From an uncultured Rhodanobacteraceae bacterium (GTDB taxonomy: Bacteria > Pseudomonadota > Gammaproteobacteria > Xanthomonadales > Rhodanobacteraceae): DNA of 61,612 nt. Location of the stretch: NCBI GenBank assembly GCA_964570295.1, contig CAZMXV010000001.1:1-61612 (forward strand). Direction: 5' to 3'. Shown here piece after piece: positions 9,051 to 19,600 of this stretch. The notes under the pieces were generated by a model. It saw only the letters and a program-made list of their open reading frames with translations, did not search any database and was not told where the DNA came from. Each line of letters opens with the position of its first letter. Position 1 is the first letter of the stretch. Position numbers and translations under genes: made by a program.

Positions 9051-10238
9051 GTGGCCCACGCAGTCGTCTCCTCGTCCTACAGTGTCCGCACCATCCGCGC
9101 GCTCCTGGCGCTGGGAGTCGGCGGCTTCGCCATCGGCACCGGCGAATTCGTGATCATGGGCCTGCTGCCCGACGTGGCGCGCGACACCGGCGTGGACATC
9201 CCGCAGGCGGGTGGACTGATCAGCGCCTACGCGTTGGGCGTGACCATCGGCGCGCCGGTGCTGGCCGTGCTGGCCGCGGGGTGGCCGCGGCGCACCCTGC
9301 TGATCGCGCTGGCGGCGCTGTATGCCGTGGCCAATTTCGCCACCGCGCTCATGCCGGGCTACTGGGCCATCGCCGTGTCGCGGTTCATTTCCGGTTTTCC
9401 GCACGGCACCTTCTTCGGGGTGGCTTCGCTGGTGGCGGCCACCCTGGCGCCGCCGGGGCAGCGTGGCCGTGCGGTGGGCTTCGTGATGCTGGGGCTGAGC
9501 ATCGCCATCCTGGCCGGGGCGCCGCTGGCGACCTGGCTGGGGCAGCACTTCACCTGGCGCGCGGCCTACCTTTTCGTGACGGCGTGCGCGCTGCTGGCGA
9601 TGTTCCTGGTGCGTTTCTGGGTGCCGTATTTTCCACCGGTTGCCGGGGCCAGCCCGCTTCGCGAGCTGGGCGCGCTGGCGCGGCCGCAGGTCTGGCTGAC
9701 GCTGGGCGTCGCCGGCATCGGGTTCGGCGGCATGTTCTGCGTGTTCAGCTACATCAAGCCTACCCTGGTGGAGGTGAGCGGCCTGGACGTGGCGCGTGTG
9801 CCCCTGGCGCTGTCGCTGTTCGGGGTAGGCTGCGTGGTGGCCAACCTGGTCGGGGCGCGTTTGGCCGACCGTGCGCTGATGAAAACCATCGGCGGCATCC
9901 TGGTCTACGCCATCGTGTTGCTGGCCGGCTTCGGTGCGCTGGTGCACCATGTGCCCACCGCACTGGCGGGCGTGTTCCTGCTCGGCGGCGTGGTGGCGCT
10001 GGGACCGGCCATGCAGATCCGCCTGATGGACGTGGCCGGCGACGCGCAAACCCTGGCCGCGGCCTTGAACCACTCGGCGTTCAACTTCGCCAATGCCCTG
10101 GGCGCGTGGCTGGGCGGAATAGCCATTGCGGCGGGACTGGGCTGGACCTCGCTGGGCTGGGTCGGCGTGCTGTTGTCCGCCGGCGGGCTGGCGATGCTCG
10201 GCATATCGGTGGTGCGCGAGCGGCGGACCGGGGCGTGA
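9051..10238 (+). CDS. MFS transporter (DHA1, AraJ/YdhP-like)
   Basis: FAIGTGEFVIMGLLP, LISAYALG, SGFPHGTFFG, SAFNFANALGAWLGG; start uncertain (8985 or 9051). Confidence 0.88.
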   Translation: MAHAVVSSSYSVRTIRALLALGVGGFAIGTGEFVIMGLLPDVARDTGVDIPQAGGLISAYALGVTIGAPVLAVLAAGWPRRTLLIALAALYAVANFATALMPGYWAIAVSRFISGFPHGTFFGVASLVAATLAPPGQRGRAVGFVMLGLSIAILAGAPLATWLGQHFTWRAAYLFVTACALLAMFLVRFWVPYFPPVAGASPLRELGALARPQVWLTLGVAGIGFGGMFCVFSYIKPTLVEVSGLDVARVPLALSLFGVGCVVANLVGARLADRALMKTIGGILVYAIVLLAGFGALVHHVPTALAGVFLLGGVVALGPAMQIRLMDVAGDAQTLAAALNHSAFNFANALGAWLGGIAIAAGLGWTSLGWVGVLLSAGGLAMLGISVVRERRTGA

Positions 10239-10256
10239 GCACGGGCCGTCCCGGCT

Positions 10257-11630
10257 TCAGTTGGTGATCTCGCCCGGCTTGCCGTAGGCGCTGGATTCCG
10301 GATGGTCGATGGTGGAGTGCCTGCGATCGTCGTGCATGAAGAGGATGGCGACGAGGCCGCAGGCAGCGACGGCCACGACATACCACGGGAAAACGTGCGG
10401 GAACCCATGGTCCTTCATGAACAGGGCCACGTACTCGGCCGAGCCGCCGAACACCGAATTGCCGATGGCGTAGGTGAAGCCCACGCCCAGGCCGCGGATG
10501 TGGGCCGGGAACATTTCCGCTTTCACGATGCCCGAGATCGAGGTGTAGAAGCTCAGGAACAGCATCGCCAGCAGGATCAGCAGCCCGGCCGGCAGCAGCG
10601 AGGTCTGCGAGCCGATGGCGTTCAGTACCGGAATGGGGATGGCAATCATGCCGATCACGAAGACCAGCATGGAGTTCCTGCGTCCGATCCTGTCCGAAAG
10701 CGTGCCAATCAGCGGCTGGATCAGCATGAACACGAACAGGCAGATGGTCATCGTGTCGGCCACGTCGCCCTTGGCGAAGCCGCCGGTGTCGATGAGGTAT
10801 TTCTGCATGTAGGTGGTGAACACGTAGAACGTCAGCGAGCCGATGCAGGTGATGCCGAACACTACCCAGAACGCGCGCTGGTGCCGGAACACTTCGCGGA
10901 AGGTGCCGGAGCCCTCGCGCTTGCGGTCGTCACGGGAAGTGGTTTCGTCCAGGCCCTTGCGCAGCCAGATCGAAACCAGCGCGGCCAGCGCGCCGACCAC
11001 GAACGGCAGGCGCCACCACCCCGCGCTGATCTGCGCGTCGCCCAGGGTGTGGGTCATGATGACGGCGAGCAGGCTGGCCAGGAGCTGGCCGCCGATGAGG
11101 GTGACGTACTGGAACGAGGAGTAGAAGCCGCGGCGCCCCTTCTGCGCCACTTCGGACATGTAGGTGGCGGTGGAACCGTATTCGCCACCGACCGCAATGC
11201 CCTGGAGGCAGCGCACCGCGATCAGCAGGACCGGCGCCAGCGCTCCGGCCGTGCGCGCGGTCGGCAGGGCCGCCATGCACAGCGAGCCGAAGCACATCAG
11301 CAGGATCGAAGTGACCATGGCGTTCTTGCGTCCGACCCGGTCGGCCATGCGCCCGAAGATGTAGCCGCCCACGGGGCGCATCAGGAACCCGATGAAGAAC
11401 ACGCCGGCGGCCTGCATGAAGGCTCCGGTCTGGCCGGTGTCAACGAAGAACTGCTGCGCGAAATAGACGCTGAAGAAGGCGTAGATGTAGAAGTCGAACC
11501 ACTCGACCAGGTTGCCGCTGGAGGCGGCGATGATGGCCTTGACCGTTTCAGCGGTGGAAAGCTCGCCCTGCTTGATGGCCCGGAGCCGTGCCGCGCGCGT
11601 TTGCGCCGCGGAGGGGTCGGTGTGCGCCAT
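10257..11630 (-). CDS. MFS metabolite:H+ symporter, alpha-ketoglutarate permease (KgtP)-like
   Basis: ASSGNLVEWFDFY, FLMRPVG, QGIAVGGEYG, KAEMFP..IR.LGVG motifs. Confidence 0.9.
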   Translation of the reverse strand: MAHTDPSAAQTRAARLRAIKQGELSTAETVKAIIAASSGNLVEWFDFYIYAFFSVYFAQQFFVDTGQTGAFMQAAGVFFIGFLMRPVGGYIFGRMADRVGRKNAMVTSILLMCFGSLCMAALPTARTAGALAPVLLIAVRCLQGIAVGGEYGSTATYMSEVAQKGRRGFYSSFQYVTLIGGQLLASLLAVIMTHTLGDAQISAGWWRLPFVVGALAALVSIWLRKGLDETTSRDDRKREGSGTFREVFRHQRAFWVVFGITCIGSLTFYVFTTYMQKYLIDTGGFAKGDVADTMTICLFVFMLIQPLIGTLSDRIGRRNSMLVFVIGMIAIPIPVLNAIGSQTSLLPAGLLILLAMLFLSFYTSISGIVKAEMFPAHIRGLGVGFTYAIGNSVFGGSAEYVALFMKDHGFPHVFPWYVVAVAACGLVAILFMHDDRRHSTIDHPESSAYGKPGEITN

Positions 11631-11762
11631 GTCCGGTGTCCTCGTCATGAACGGAACGGGAGCCCCTGTGCCGGCGTGTGCGCCGGAAGAAAAAGCATAC
11701 ACCGGCGAAGGATGCTCCGGCAGGTCCAGGTGCCGGCCCCGGGGCAGCGGGTTTCGGCGGGT

Positions 11763-13529
11763 TCAGGGATGCAGCGGCCAGAAGTGCGGAATCAGCCACA
11801 TCGACAGCGCGCAGAACAGCGCGATCAGCGGTATGCCGACCTTCATGAAGTCGGTGAACCGGTAGCCTCCCGCGTAATACACCATGGTGTTGGTGGGGTA
11901 GCCCACCGGCGTGGCGAACGAGGTGGCCGCGGCGAAGGCCACCGCCACCACGAACGGTCGCGGGTCGGCATCCACCGCGTGCGCGACGCTGGCGGCGATG
12001 CCCACCATCAGCACCACCGACGGGTTGTGTCCCATCAGTTCCGTGAGCAGGGCGGTGAGCAGGTACACCGTCAGCAGCGCGGCCATGGGGCCGTGATGGC
12101 CGATGAGGTCCATCGCGGTCTGCACGATGTGCTGCGACAGGCCGGTCTTCTCGATGGCCGTGCCCAGCGGCAGGATAGCGCCGAGCAGGATGATGATTTT
12201 CCAGTCCATGCCCTCGTAGACGTCCTTGCGTCCGAAGCAGCCGGTGAGGGCCATCAGGACCGCGCCGCAGATGGCCGCGATGGGAATGGGCAGCCAGCGC
12301 AGGCCCGAGACCGCCACCACACCCGCCATGATGGCCGCGGCCACGATGGCCTTGCGCGACATGCGGCGCTCGTCGTCGCGCTCGCTGAGCACGATCAGCG
12401 CGTCGTCACCGCGCAGTTGCGGCATGCCGTCCTCGTCCACCAGCACCATCAGCACGTCGCCCACGGCCAGGCTGACGTCGCCGATCTTGTCGCGCAGCAC
12501 CTGGCCGCGGCGATGAATCGCCAGCACGACGACGTCCGGGCGGCGGCCCAGGTCGGTTTCGGACAGCTGGCGTCCCTCGACCAGGCTGGCCGGCGCCACC
12601 ATGACTTCGGCCAGTACGCGCGGGTGGTCCTCGTCGCCCACGTAACGACTTTCCGGCGTGTTCTCCAGGCGGGCGCGGCGCTGGAAATCCTCGATCTTGT
12701 CCCAGTCGCCGCGCACCAGGATCACGTCGCCGCGCTCCAGATTCTGTGAACGCGGCGACCACATGCGACGCTCGCCGCGCAGCAGTTCCAGCGGGTATAC
12801 GCCGTAGGTCTCACCCAACCGGGCCGCGGCGATGCTCTTGCCTACCAGCGGCGAGTCTTCGGTGAGCGTGAGCTCGGTGACGTACTTGCCGATGTCGACT
12901 TCCTCGATCTTGTCGGCCTCGATCTGGCGCGGCAGCAGCCAGCGCCCCACCAGCATCAGGTAGGTGATGCCGGCAATGGCCAGCAGCGCGGCCATGCCGG
13001 TGAACTCGAACACACCGAAGCCATCCAGCCCGTGCTTGCGCGCCAGCGAGTCGGTAAGCAGATTGGACGAGGTGCCAATGAGAGTGGCCACGCCGCCCAT
13101 CTGCGCGGCGTAGGCCATCGGCATCAGCACCCGGGCCGGCGAGGTGCCGGTGCGCTGGCACACGCGCAGGGCCAGTGGCAGGAAGGTGGCGACCAGGGCG
13201 ATGTTTTTCACGAATGCGCCCAGTGGCGCGATCGCCAGCATCATGGTGAGGGTGAGCAGCCACGGCTTGCGTATGCGCATCAGCAGCCGGCTCAGCGGTT
13301 CCAGCACGCCGGAGCGTTCGATGCCGATGCTGAGTGCGAACATCGCCGCCACGGTGACCGTGGCTTCGTTGCTGAATCCGGCCAGCGCCTCCTCGGGCTT
13401 GACGACGCCCAGCACCACCAGCGCGGCCAGCACCAGCAGCGCCACCAGGTCGATGCGCAGCTTTTCGCTGGCGAACAGCCCCATGGCCACCGCGATCACG
13501 CCCACTACCGCCCATGCCTGCCAAGTCAT
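11763..13529 (-). CDS. SLC13/DASS-family permease with two TrkA-C (RCK-C) domains
   Basis: GGVATLIGTSSNL and SFATPVGYPTN..VY..GGYRF.DF.KVG motifs; central DSPLVGKSI and ASLVEGRQL RCK-C repeats. Confidence 0.92.
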   Translation of the reverse strand: MTWQAWAVVGVIAVAMGLFASEKLRIDLVALLVLAALVVLGVVKPEEALAGFSNEATVTVAAMFALSIGIERSGVLEPLSRLLMRIRKPWLLTLTMMLAIAPLGAFVKNIALVATFLPLALRVCQRTGTSPARVLMPMAYAAQMGGVATLIGTSSNLLTDSLARKHGLDGFGVFEFTGMAALLAIAGITYLMLVGRWLLPRQIEADKIEEVDIGKYVTELTLTEDSPLVGKSIAAARLGETYGVYPLELLRGERRMWSPRSQNLERGDVILVRGDWDKIEDFQRRARLENTPESRYVGDEDHPRVLAEVMVAPASLVEGRQLSETDLGRRPDVVVLAIHRRGQVLRDKIGDVSLAVGDVLMVLVDEDGMPQLRGDDALIVLSERDDERRMSRKAIVAAAIMAGVVAVSGLRWLPIPIAAICGAVLMALTGCFGRKDVYEGMDWKIIILLGAILPLGTAIEKTGLSQHIVQTAMDLIGHHGPMAALLTVYLLTALLTELMGHNPSVVLMVGIAASVAHAVDADPRPFVVAVAFAAATSFATPVGYPTNTMVYYAGGYRFTDFMKVGIPLIALFCALSMWLIPHFWPLHP

Positions 13530-13668
13530 GCGCGGCCCTCCGGGGCGGCGTCGGCGTGCGGCATGGCGCGTGATCTGTACATCGATGTCACCCTGATGCC
13601 TGCGATGGCAGGCTCGTCCTGCATGCTACAGGAGGACGGGGCCGGCGCAAGATGCCGCCGCCGCCGCG

Positions 13669-14985
13669 TCAGGCCCCGTTCCGGCCCGCTTCCGGCAGCC
13701 GCCAGGAGGCGAGCGTGCCTGCCAGCCCCATGGTGCCCAGCAGCACCAGGGCCCACGCCGGCCCCCACAGGGCGGCGGCGGAACTGGCCGCGCCCACGCC
13801 GAGCAGCACGAGGCCGATCACGGTGTTGCTGACCGCGGTGTAGTCGGTGCGCTTGTTGCCGCCGGCCATGTCCACCAGGTAGGTCTTGCGGCCGACGCGC
13901 ACGCCGGCATGGGCGACGGCAAGCACGAAGAAGACCGCGGGATAGAACCATGCCTTGCCGGTCCAGTCCGGATCGGCCAGGGCGTAGCCGGCGGCCAGCA
14001 GGCAGCACAGCGCGGCCAGCGCGCCACCGCGGACCATCACCCGACGGCTGGAGGTGTCGGCCATGAAACCCCATACGCTGGCGCTGACCGCACTGGCCAG
14101 GCTGGAGGCCATCACGAAGCCGGCCAGAAGCGCGGCGCCATCGGAGGCATCGCGGGCCAGCAGCACCACGAACGGCGAGCCCAGCGCGGAGGCCAGCAGC
14201 AGGGCGCGGGCCAACACGAAATGCCGGAACGGGCGGTCGCTTTTCAGCAGGCCGACGCTTTTCCAGGCCTCGCGCAGCGCATGGCCGCCACCGGCCGTCT
14301 CGCCGCGGAACTCCTCCACCCGCGCAAAAGCCAGGGCCGCCAGCCACCATGCCACGGCGGCGGCGAGCAGCAGGATGCCGTAGAAGGTCGTGTCCGGGTC
14401 GTTGCCGCCGCTGAACAGCAGCAGGCTGCCCAACAGCGTTGCCAGCCCCGAGATCGTGGCGGCCAGGCCAGCCAGGCGGCCGCGGCGCGAGCGCGGGATG
14501 CACTTGCCCTGCACGTCCTTCATCGCCACCGAGCACAGTCCGCGGCTGAGGCTGAACACCACCAGCAGGGCGACGATGGCCAGGCCCGCGACCAGGCCGT
14601 GCAGCAGCCAGGTGGCAAGCGCCATGCCCAGCACCGCCAGCCCCTGAAGCACCGCTCCCAGCACCCAGAAGCCCTTGCGCCGCGGATAGTGGCGCACCCA
14701 GGCGCCGATGGCCAGTTGCGGGATCATCGAGCCGGACTCGCGGATCGGCACCAGCACGCCGGCCAGCGCCGGTGGCGCGCCCACGGCCACGACCAGCCAG
14801 GCCAGCACCGTCTTGGGGTTGATCAGCAGGTCCCCGATCTTGCTCAGCACGTTGGCCAGGATGATGCGGAAGAAGTTGCCGGGCACCTCGCGGCAGGCGT
14901 CATCGCTGATGTCGGTGCACACGCGGGCGTCTTCCTCGTTGGCGACCAGAGCGTACAGGCGGCGGGTGACGGAAGACGGGCTCAT
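13669..14985 (-). CDS. MFS-type permease of unknown substrate with an N-terminal Cys pair
   Basis: About 12 hydrophobic segments; EEDARVCTDISDDACREVPGNF N-terminus; GRKTYLVDMA..RTDYTAVSNT. Confidence 0.8.
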   Translation of the reverse strand: MSPSSVTRRLYALVANEEDARVCTDISDDACREVPGNFFRIILANVLSKIGDLLINPKTVLAWLVVAVGAPPALAGVLVPIRESGSMIPQLAIGAWVRHYPRRKGFWVLGAVLQGLAVLGMALATWLLHGLVAGLAIVALLVVFSLSRGLCSVAMKDVQGKCIPRSRRGRLAGLAATISGLATLLGSLLLFSGGNDPDTTFYGILLLAAAVAWWLAALAFARVEEFRGETAGGGHALREAWKSVGLLKSDRPFRHFVLARALLLASALGSPFVVLLARDASDGAALLAGFVMASSLASAVSASVWGFMADTSSRRVMVRGGALAALCCLLAAGYALADPDWTGKAWFYPAVFFVLAVAHAGVRVGRKTYLVDMAGGNKRTDYTAVSNTVIGLVLLGVGAASSAAALWGPAWALVLLGTMGLAGTLASWRLPEAGRNGA

Positions 14986-15028
14986 GGGCGAATCTCCGGC
15001 ATGCGGGGCAGGTGGCGGCATGGAGACG

Positions 15029-16603
15029 TTACAGCTGCGACTCGATGGGCAGCCAGTGGATCAGCCACACCAGCAGGCGCAGGCCGGACCCCGTTTCCGG
15101 CTCCTTGTCCCAGGTACGGCCGTGCTCGCCGTGCCAGCGCAGCTCGCCGTCGGCATCCAGGCCGACACGCCAGGCCTTGTCCGGCATGACACTGTGTTCG
15201 AAGAAGGTGGTCAGCTCGGCGGCCAGGCCGGGGCTGTCGAAGATCACGCCCATCTCGGTGTTCAGCTGGGCCGAGCGCGGATCCAGGTTGAACGAGCCGA
15301 CGAAGCCCCGCTCGCCATCGACGACGAAGGCCTTGGAGTGCAGGCTGGCGCCGCTGGAGCCGATCAGTTCGCGGGAGGTACCGGCGCGCCCCGGTTTGAG
15401 CTCGTACAGTTCCACCCCCTGGCGCAGCAGGCGCTGGCGGTAGGCGGCGTAGCCGGCGTGCACCATGGGCACGTCGTTGGCGGCCAGCGAATTGGTCAGC
15501 ACGCGCACCTTCATGCCGCGTCGGGCCTGGCCGACCAGCAGCATGGTGCCGGACTCGCCGGGCACGAAATACGGGGAGATCAGCCAGCTCTGGTGCTTCG
15601 CCGAGAACAGCAGGGCGGAGATGTCGTACAGCAGCCAGCCGGCCCGGTCGCGGCGGCTGGCCAGGGCCGCCGCCTTCTGCGGCGGGTCGGACAGCACGTG
15701 GATGTGCTTCGACCAGTGCAGGGTGAGCGTGCCGTGCACGAGCTGGTCCACGAACGCCTCGTGCGAGGCCAGCGCGCGGGCCCACGGGGTGGCCTCGGCA
15801 TCGGCCAGCCACTGGCGGCGGCGTGCGGCGAACTCCGTCGGTGCCCAGCGCGGTCCTTTTTCATGCAGGGCGCCCAGCGGGATCACCTCGGAAGCGTTCC
15901 AGAAGCGGTCGAAGATGGCGCTGGTCTCGGCCACGGCCGGGCCGATCAGCAGCAGATCGGTGTCGCGGAAGTTGGTGTCGGCAGAGGCGCCGAAGTACTC
16001 GTCGCCGATGTTGCGCCCGCCCACGATGGCGGCGCGGTTGTCGGCAATCCAGGCCTTGTTGTGCATGCGCCGGTTGAAGCCGATGAAGCGCAGGCCCATT
16101 TCCAGCGCACGGCGCAGGCCACCGCCGCGGTTGCGGCCGGGATTGAACAGGCGTACTTCCACGTTGGGGTGGGCATCCATGGCCAGCAGCTCGTCGTCGT
16201 GCCCGGCCACGTTCATGTCGTCGATGAGCAGGCGCACGCGCACGCCGCGGTCGGCCGCGGCCATCAACTCGTTTTCGAGCAGCCGGCCGGTGGTGTCGTG
16301 GCGCCAGATGTAGTACTGCACGTCGAGGCTGCGCTCGGCGGCGCGGGCACTGCGGGCGCGCACGATGAAGGCCGGCACCGCCTCGTCCAGCAGGGCGGCG
16401 GCGCTGCTCCCGGGCGGGTGCGCGTCCAGCAGGGGCTGGATCAGGCGGTCCAGCGGCGTGGCGTCCGCCGCGACGGGCAACGCGTGCGACGGCGCTCCCC
16501 GGGCCCGGCGGGCATAGTGGCCCCACGACCACAGGGCCAGCACCGACAGTACGATGAAGGTCAGGATAGTGACCAGGGTCCAGCGCAGGATCGGATGGGC
16601 CAC
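15029..16603 (-). CDS. Phospholipase D family protein (cardiolipin synthase ClsC/YmdC-like)
   Basis: Two HKD motifs (RMHNKAWIAD, LHSKAFVVD), GGRNIGDEYF, GSFNLDPRS; N-terminal TM. Confidence 0.92.
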   Translation of the reverse strand: MAHPILRWTLVTILTFIVLSVLALWSWGHYARRARGAPSHALPVAADATPLDRLIQPLLDAHPPGSSAAALLDEAVPAFIVRARSARAAERSLDVQYYIWRHDTTGRLLENELMAAADRGVRVRLLIDDMNVAGHDDELLAMDAHPNVEVRLFNPGRNRGGGLRRALEMGLRFIGFNRRMHNKAWIADNRAAIVGGRNIGDEYFGASADTNFRDTDLLLIGPAVAETSAIFDRFWNASEVIPLGALHEKGPRWAPTEFAARRRQWLADAEATPWARALASHEAFVDQLVHGTLTLHWSKHIHVLSDPPQKAAALASRRDRAGWLLYDISALLFSAKHQSWLISPYFVPGESGTMLLVGQARRGMKVRVLTNSLAANDVPMVHAGYAAYRQRLLRQGVELYELKPGRAGTSRELIGSSGASLHSKAFVVDGERGFVGSFNLDPRSAQLNTEMGVIFDSPGLAAELTTFFEHSVMPDKAWRVGLDADGELRWHGEHGRTWDKEPETGSGLRLLVWLIHWLPIESQL

Positions 16604-16675
16604 GATGTGTCCTTTGGCGGCGGAAGGCGTGCCGGTCAGGTTACGCCATCCAGGCCGTCGCGTGCGCCCGTGGCG

Positions 16676-19600
16676 TCATGCCGCCCGGCGCGCGCCCAGC
16701 GTGGCCAGCAACTGGCGTGCAGCCTCCAGACGTTCGATGGGTGCGTCGAGCTCGCGGATGACGCGCAGCTTTTCCTGGCCGTCCAGCTTGTACACGCGAG
16801 GCTGGGTCTGGATCAGGTGGATCAGCGCGGCCGGATCGATGTCCGGCTCGGCGCGGAAGAGCACACGTCCCCCGGCCGGTCCGAACTCCAGCTTGCGGAT
16901 GCCCATGGGCGTGGCCAGAAGTTTCAGCCCGGTAATGGCGAACAGTTGTTTCAGCGGCTCCGGCAGCAGGCCGAAACGGTCGATCATTTCCACCTTCAGC
17001 TCGCGCAGCGCGGACTCGTCGCGGGCGCTGGCGATGCGCTTGTAGAGGGTGAGGCGGGTGTGCACGTCGGGCAGGTAGTCTTCGGGAATCAGTGCCGGGG
17101 CATGCAGGATGACCTCGGTCTCGTGGTCCGAGGCGAGATCGAAGTCGGGCACTTTGCCGCTCTTGAGCGCGTTCACGGCACGCTCCAGCAGCTCGCTGTA
17201 AAGGCCGAAGCCGATCTGCTGGATCTGGCCGGACTGTTCTTCCCCCAGCAGTTCACCGGCACCGCGGATCTCCAGGTCGTGCGTGGCCAGGGTGAAGCCG
17301 GCGCCCAGTTCCTCCAGCGAGGCCAGGGCCTCCAGGCGCTTGCGTGCGTCCGAGGTCATCGCGCGGCGGTCCGGTACCAGCAGGTAGGCGTAGGCGCGGT
17401 GGTGCGAGCGGCCGACGCGGCCGCGCAGCTGATGCAGCTGGGCCAGGCCGAAGTGGTCGGCACGGTCGATGATGATGGTGTTGGCCGAGGGGATGTCGAT
17501 GCCGGACTCGATGATGGTGGTGCATACCAGCACATTGAAGCGCTGACGGTGGAAATCCAGCATCACCTGCTCCAGCTCGCGTTCGGGCATCTGGCCGTGG
17601 GCGATGCGGATGCGCGCCTCGGGCATCAGTTCGGCCAGCTCCCGTGCGGCGCGCTCGATGGTTTCCACCTTGTTGTGCAGGAAGTACACCTGGCCGCCGC
17701 GCGCCAGTTCGCGTTGCATGGCCTCGCGCAGCAGTGCCGGGTCCTTGTGCGCGATGGTGGTCTTCACCGCCATGCGGTGCTCGGGCGCGGTGGCGATGAT
17801 GGAAAGGTCGCGCAGGCCGCTCATGGCCATGTTGAGGGTGCGCGGAATCGGCGTGGCGGTGAGGGTGAGCAGGTCCACCTCGGCGCGCAGTTTCTTCAGC
17901 TTTTCCTTCTGGCGCACACCGAAACGCTGCTCCTCGTCGACGATCACCAGGCCGAGATCCTTGAATTTCACCTCGTCACCGAGCAGCTTGTGCGTGCCGA
18001 TGACGACGTCGACCTTGCCCGCCGCCAGCCGCTGCAGTGATTCGCCGGCCTGTTTGCCGGACTGGAAGCGCGACAGCACTTCCACCGTCAGCGGCCAGTC
18101 GGCGAAGCGGTCCGCGAAGTTGGTGTAGTGCTGCTGGGCCAGCAGCGTGGTCGGTACCAGCACGCACACCTGGCGGCCGGCGCTGGCCACGGCGAAGGCG
18201 GCGCGCAGGGCCACTTCGGTCTTGCCGAAGCCGACGTCGCCGCAGACCACGCGATCCATCGAGCGCGGTGCCTCGATGTCGGCCAGCACGGCTTCGATGG
18301 CCTGCTGCTGATCGGGGGTTTCCTCGAACGGAAAGCCGGCCGCGAATTGGCGGTACAGGGTGCGGTCGATGGCCGTGGCCGTGCCCGCGCGCGCTTCGCG
18401 CTGGGCATGGATGGCGAGCAGCTCGGCGGCCACGTCGCGCACTTTTTCGGCGGCGCGCCGGCGGGCTTTGCTCCATGCTTCGCCGCCCATGGAGTGCAGC
18501 GGGGCGTTTTCCGGCGAGGTGCCGGTGTAGCGGCTGACCAGGTCCAGCTGCGCCACCGGCACGTACAGCTTGTCGCCCTTGGTGTACTCGATGACCAGGT
18601 ATTCGCCGGGGGCGTCACCGATGTCCAGGGTCTCGAGACCGCGATAACGTCCCACGCCATGGTCGATGTGGACGATGGGTGCGCCTTCGCTGAGCTCGGT
18701 GAGATCGCGGATGATGGTGTCCGGATCGCGGGCCGCGGTGCCGGGTTTGCGGCCTCGCCGCGTGCGGGGTGCGCGCTCGCCCAGCAACTCCTGTTCGGTG
18801 AGCACCGCGATGCCGGGTGCCTCCAGCAGGAATCCACGCGCCAGGGGGGCCACGGTGAGGGCGTGCGATGCCCCTGCCGGCTGCCCGTGCACGAAGGTCT
18901 GCCAGTCGTCGACGGGGACGGGACGCAGGCCGTGCGTGGCCAGCAGGTCGGCCACGGCCTCGCGGCGTCCGGGCGAGTCGGCGGTGATCAGGGTGCGGCC
19001 GGCATGGCCGGCAAGGAAATCCTCCAGCTTGTCGGCCGAAGCTCCACTACGCGCGGGCAGCGCCACGTCGGGAATCGGCGCGGTGCCCAGGGCGACGGCG
19101 TGGGGATGTTCCGCGGGCACGAACTCGGCGCGGCGCCAGCGGTTCAGTTGCTCGCGCAGGCGTTCCGGCGGCAGGTACAGCTCGTCGGGCGGCAGGATGG
19201 GGCGTTCAATGTCGTGCGCGCGCTGCTCGTGGCGGGCCACGGTCTGGCGCCAGGATTGTTCGGCGGCTTCCAGGGTGCCTTCGTCCAGCACGAACAGGGC
19301 GCTTTCGGCGAGGTAGTCGAACAGTGTCTCGGTGGCCTCGAAGAACAGCGGCAGGTAGTACTCGATGCCGCCCGGCGTCAGGCCCTGCTTCATGTCCTGG
19401 TGGAGAGGGCAGCGACGCACGTCGATGGGGAAGCGCTCGCGCAGGCGGTGGCGGAAGTCGCGCCGGGCTTCTTCGGTGAGCGGGAACTCGCGTGCCGGCA
19501 ACAGTTCGACTGCGTCCACCTTGTTCTGCGAACGCTGGGTTTCCGGATCGAAGCTGCGGATGGAGTCGATTTCGTCGTCGAACAGTTCGATGCGGTAGGG

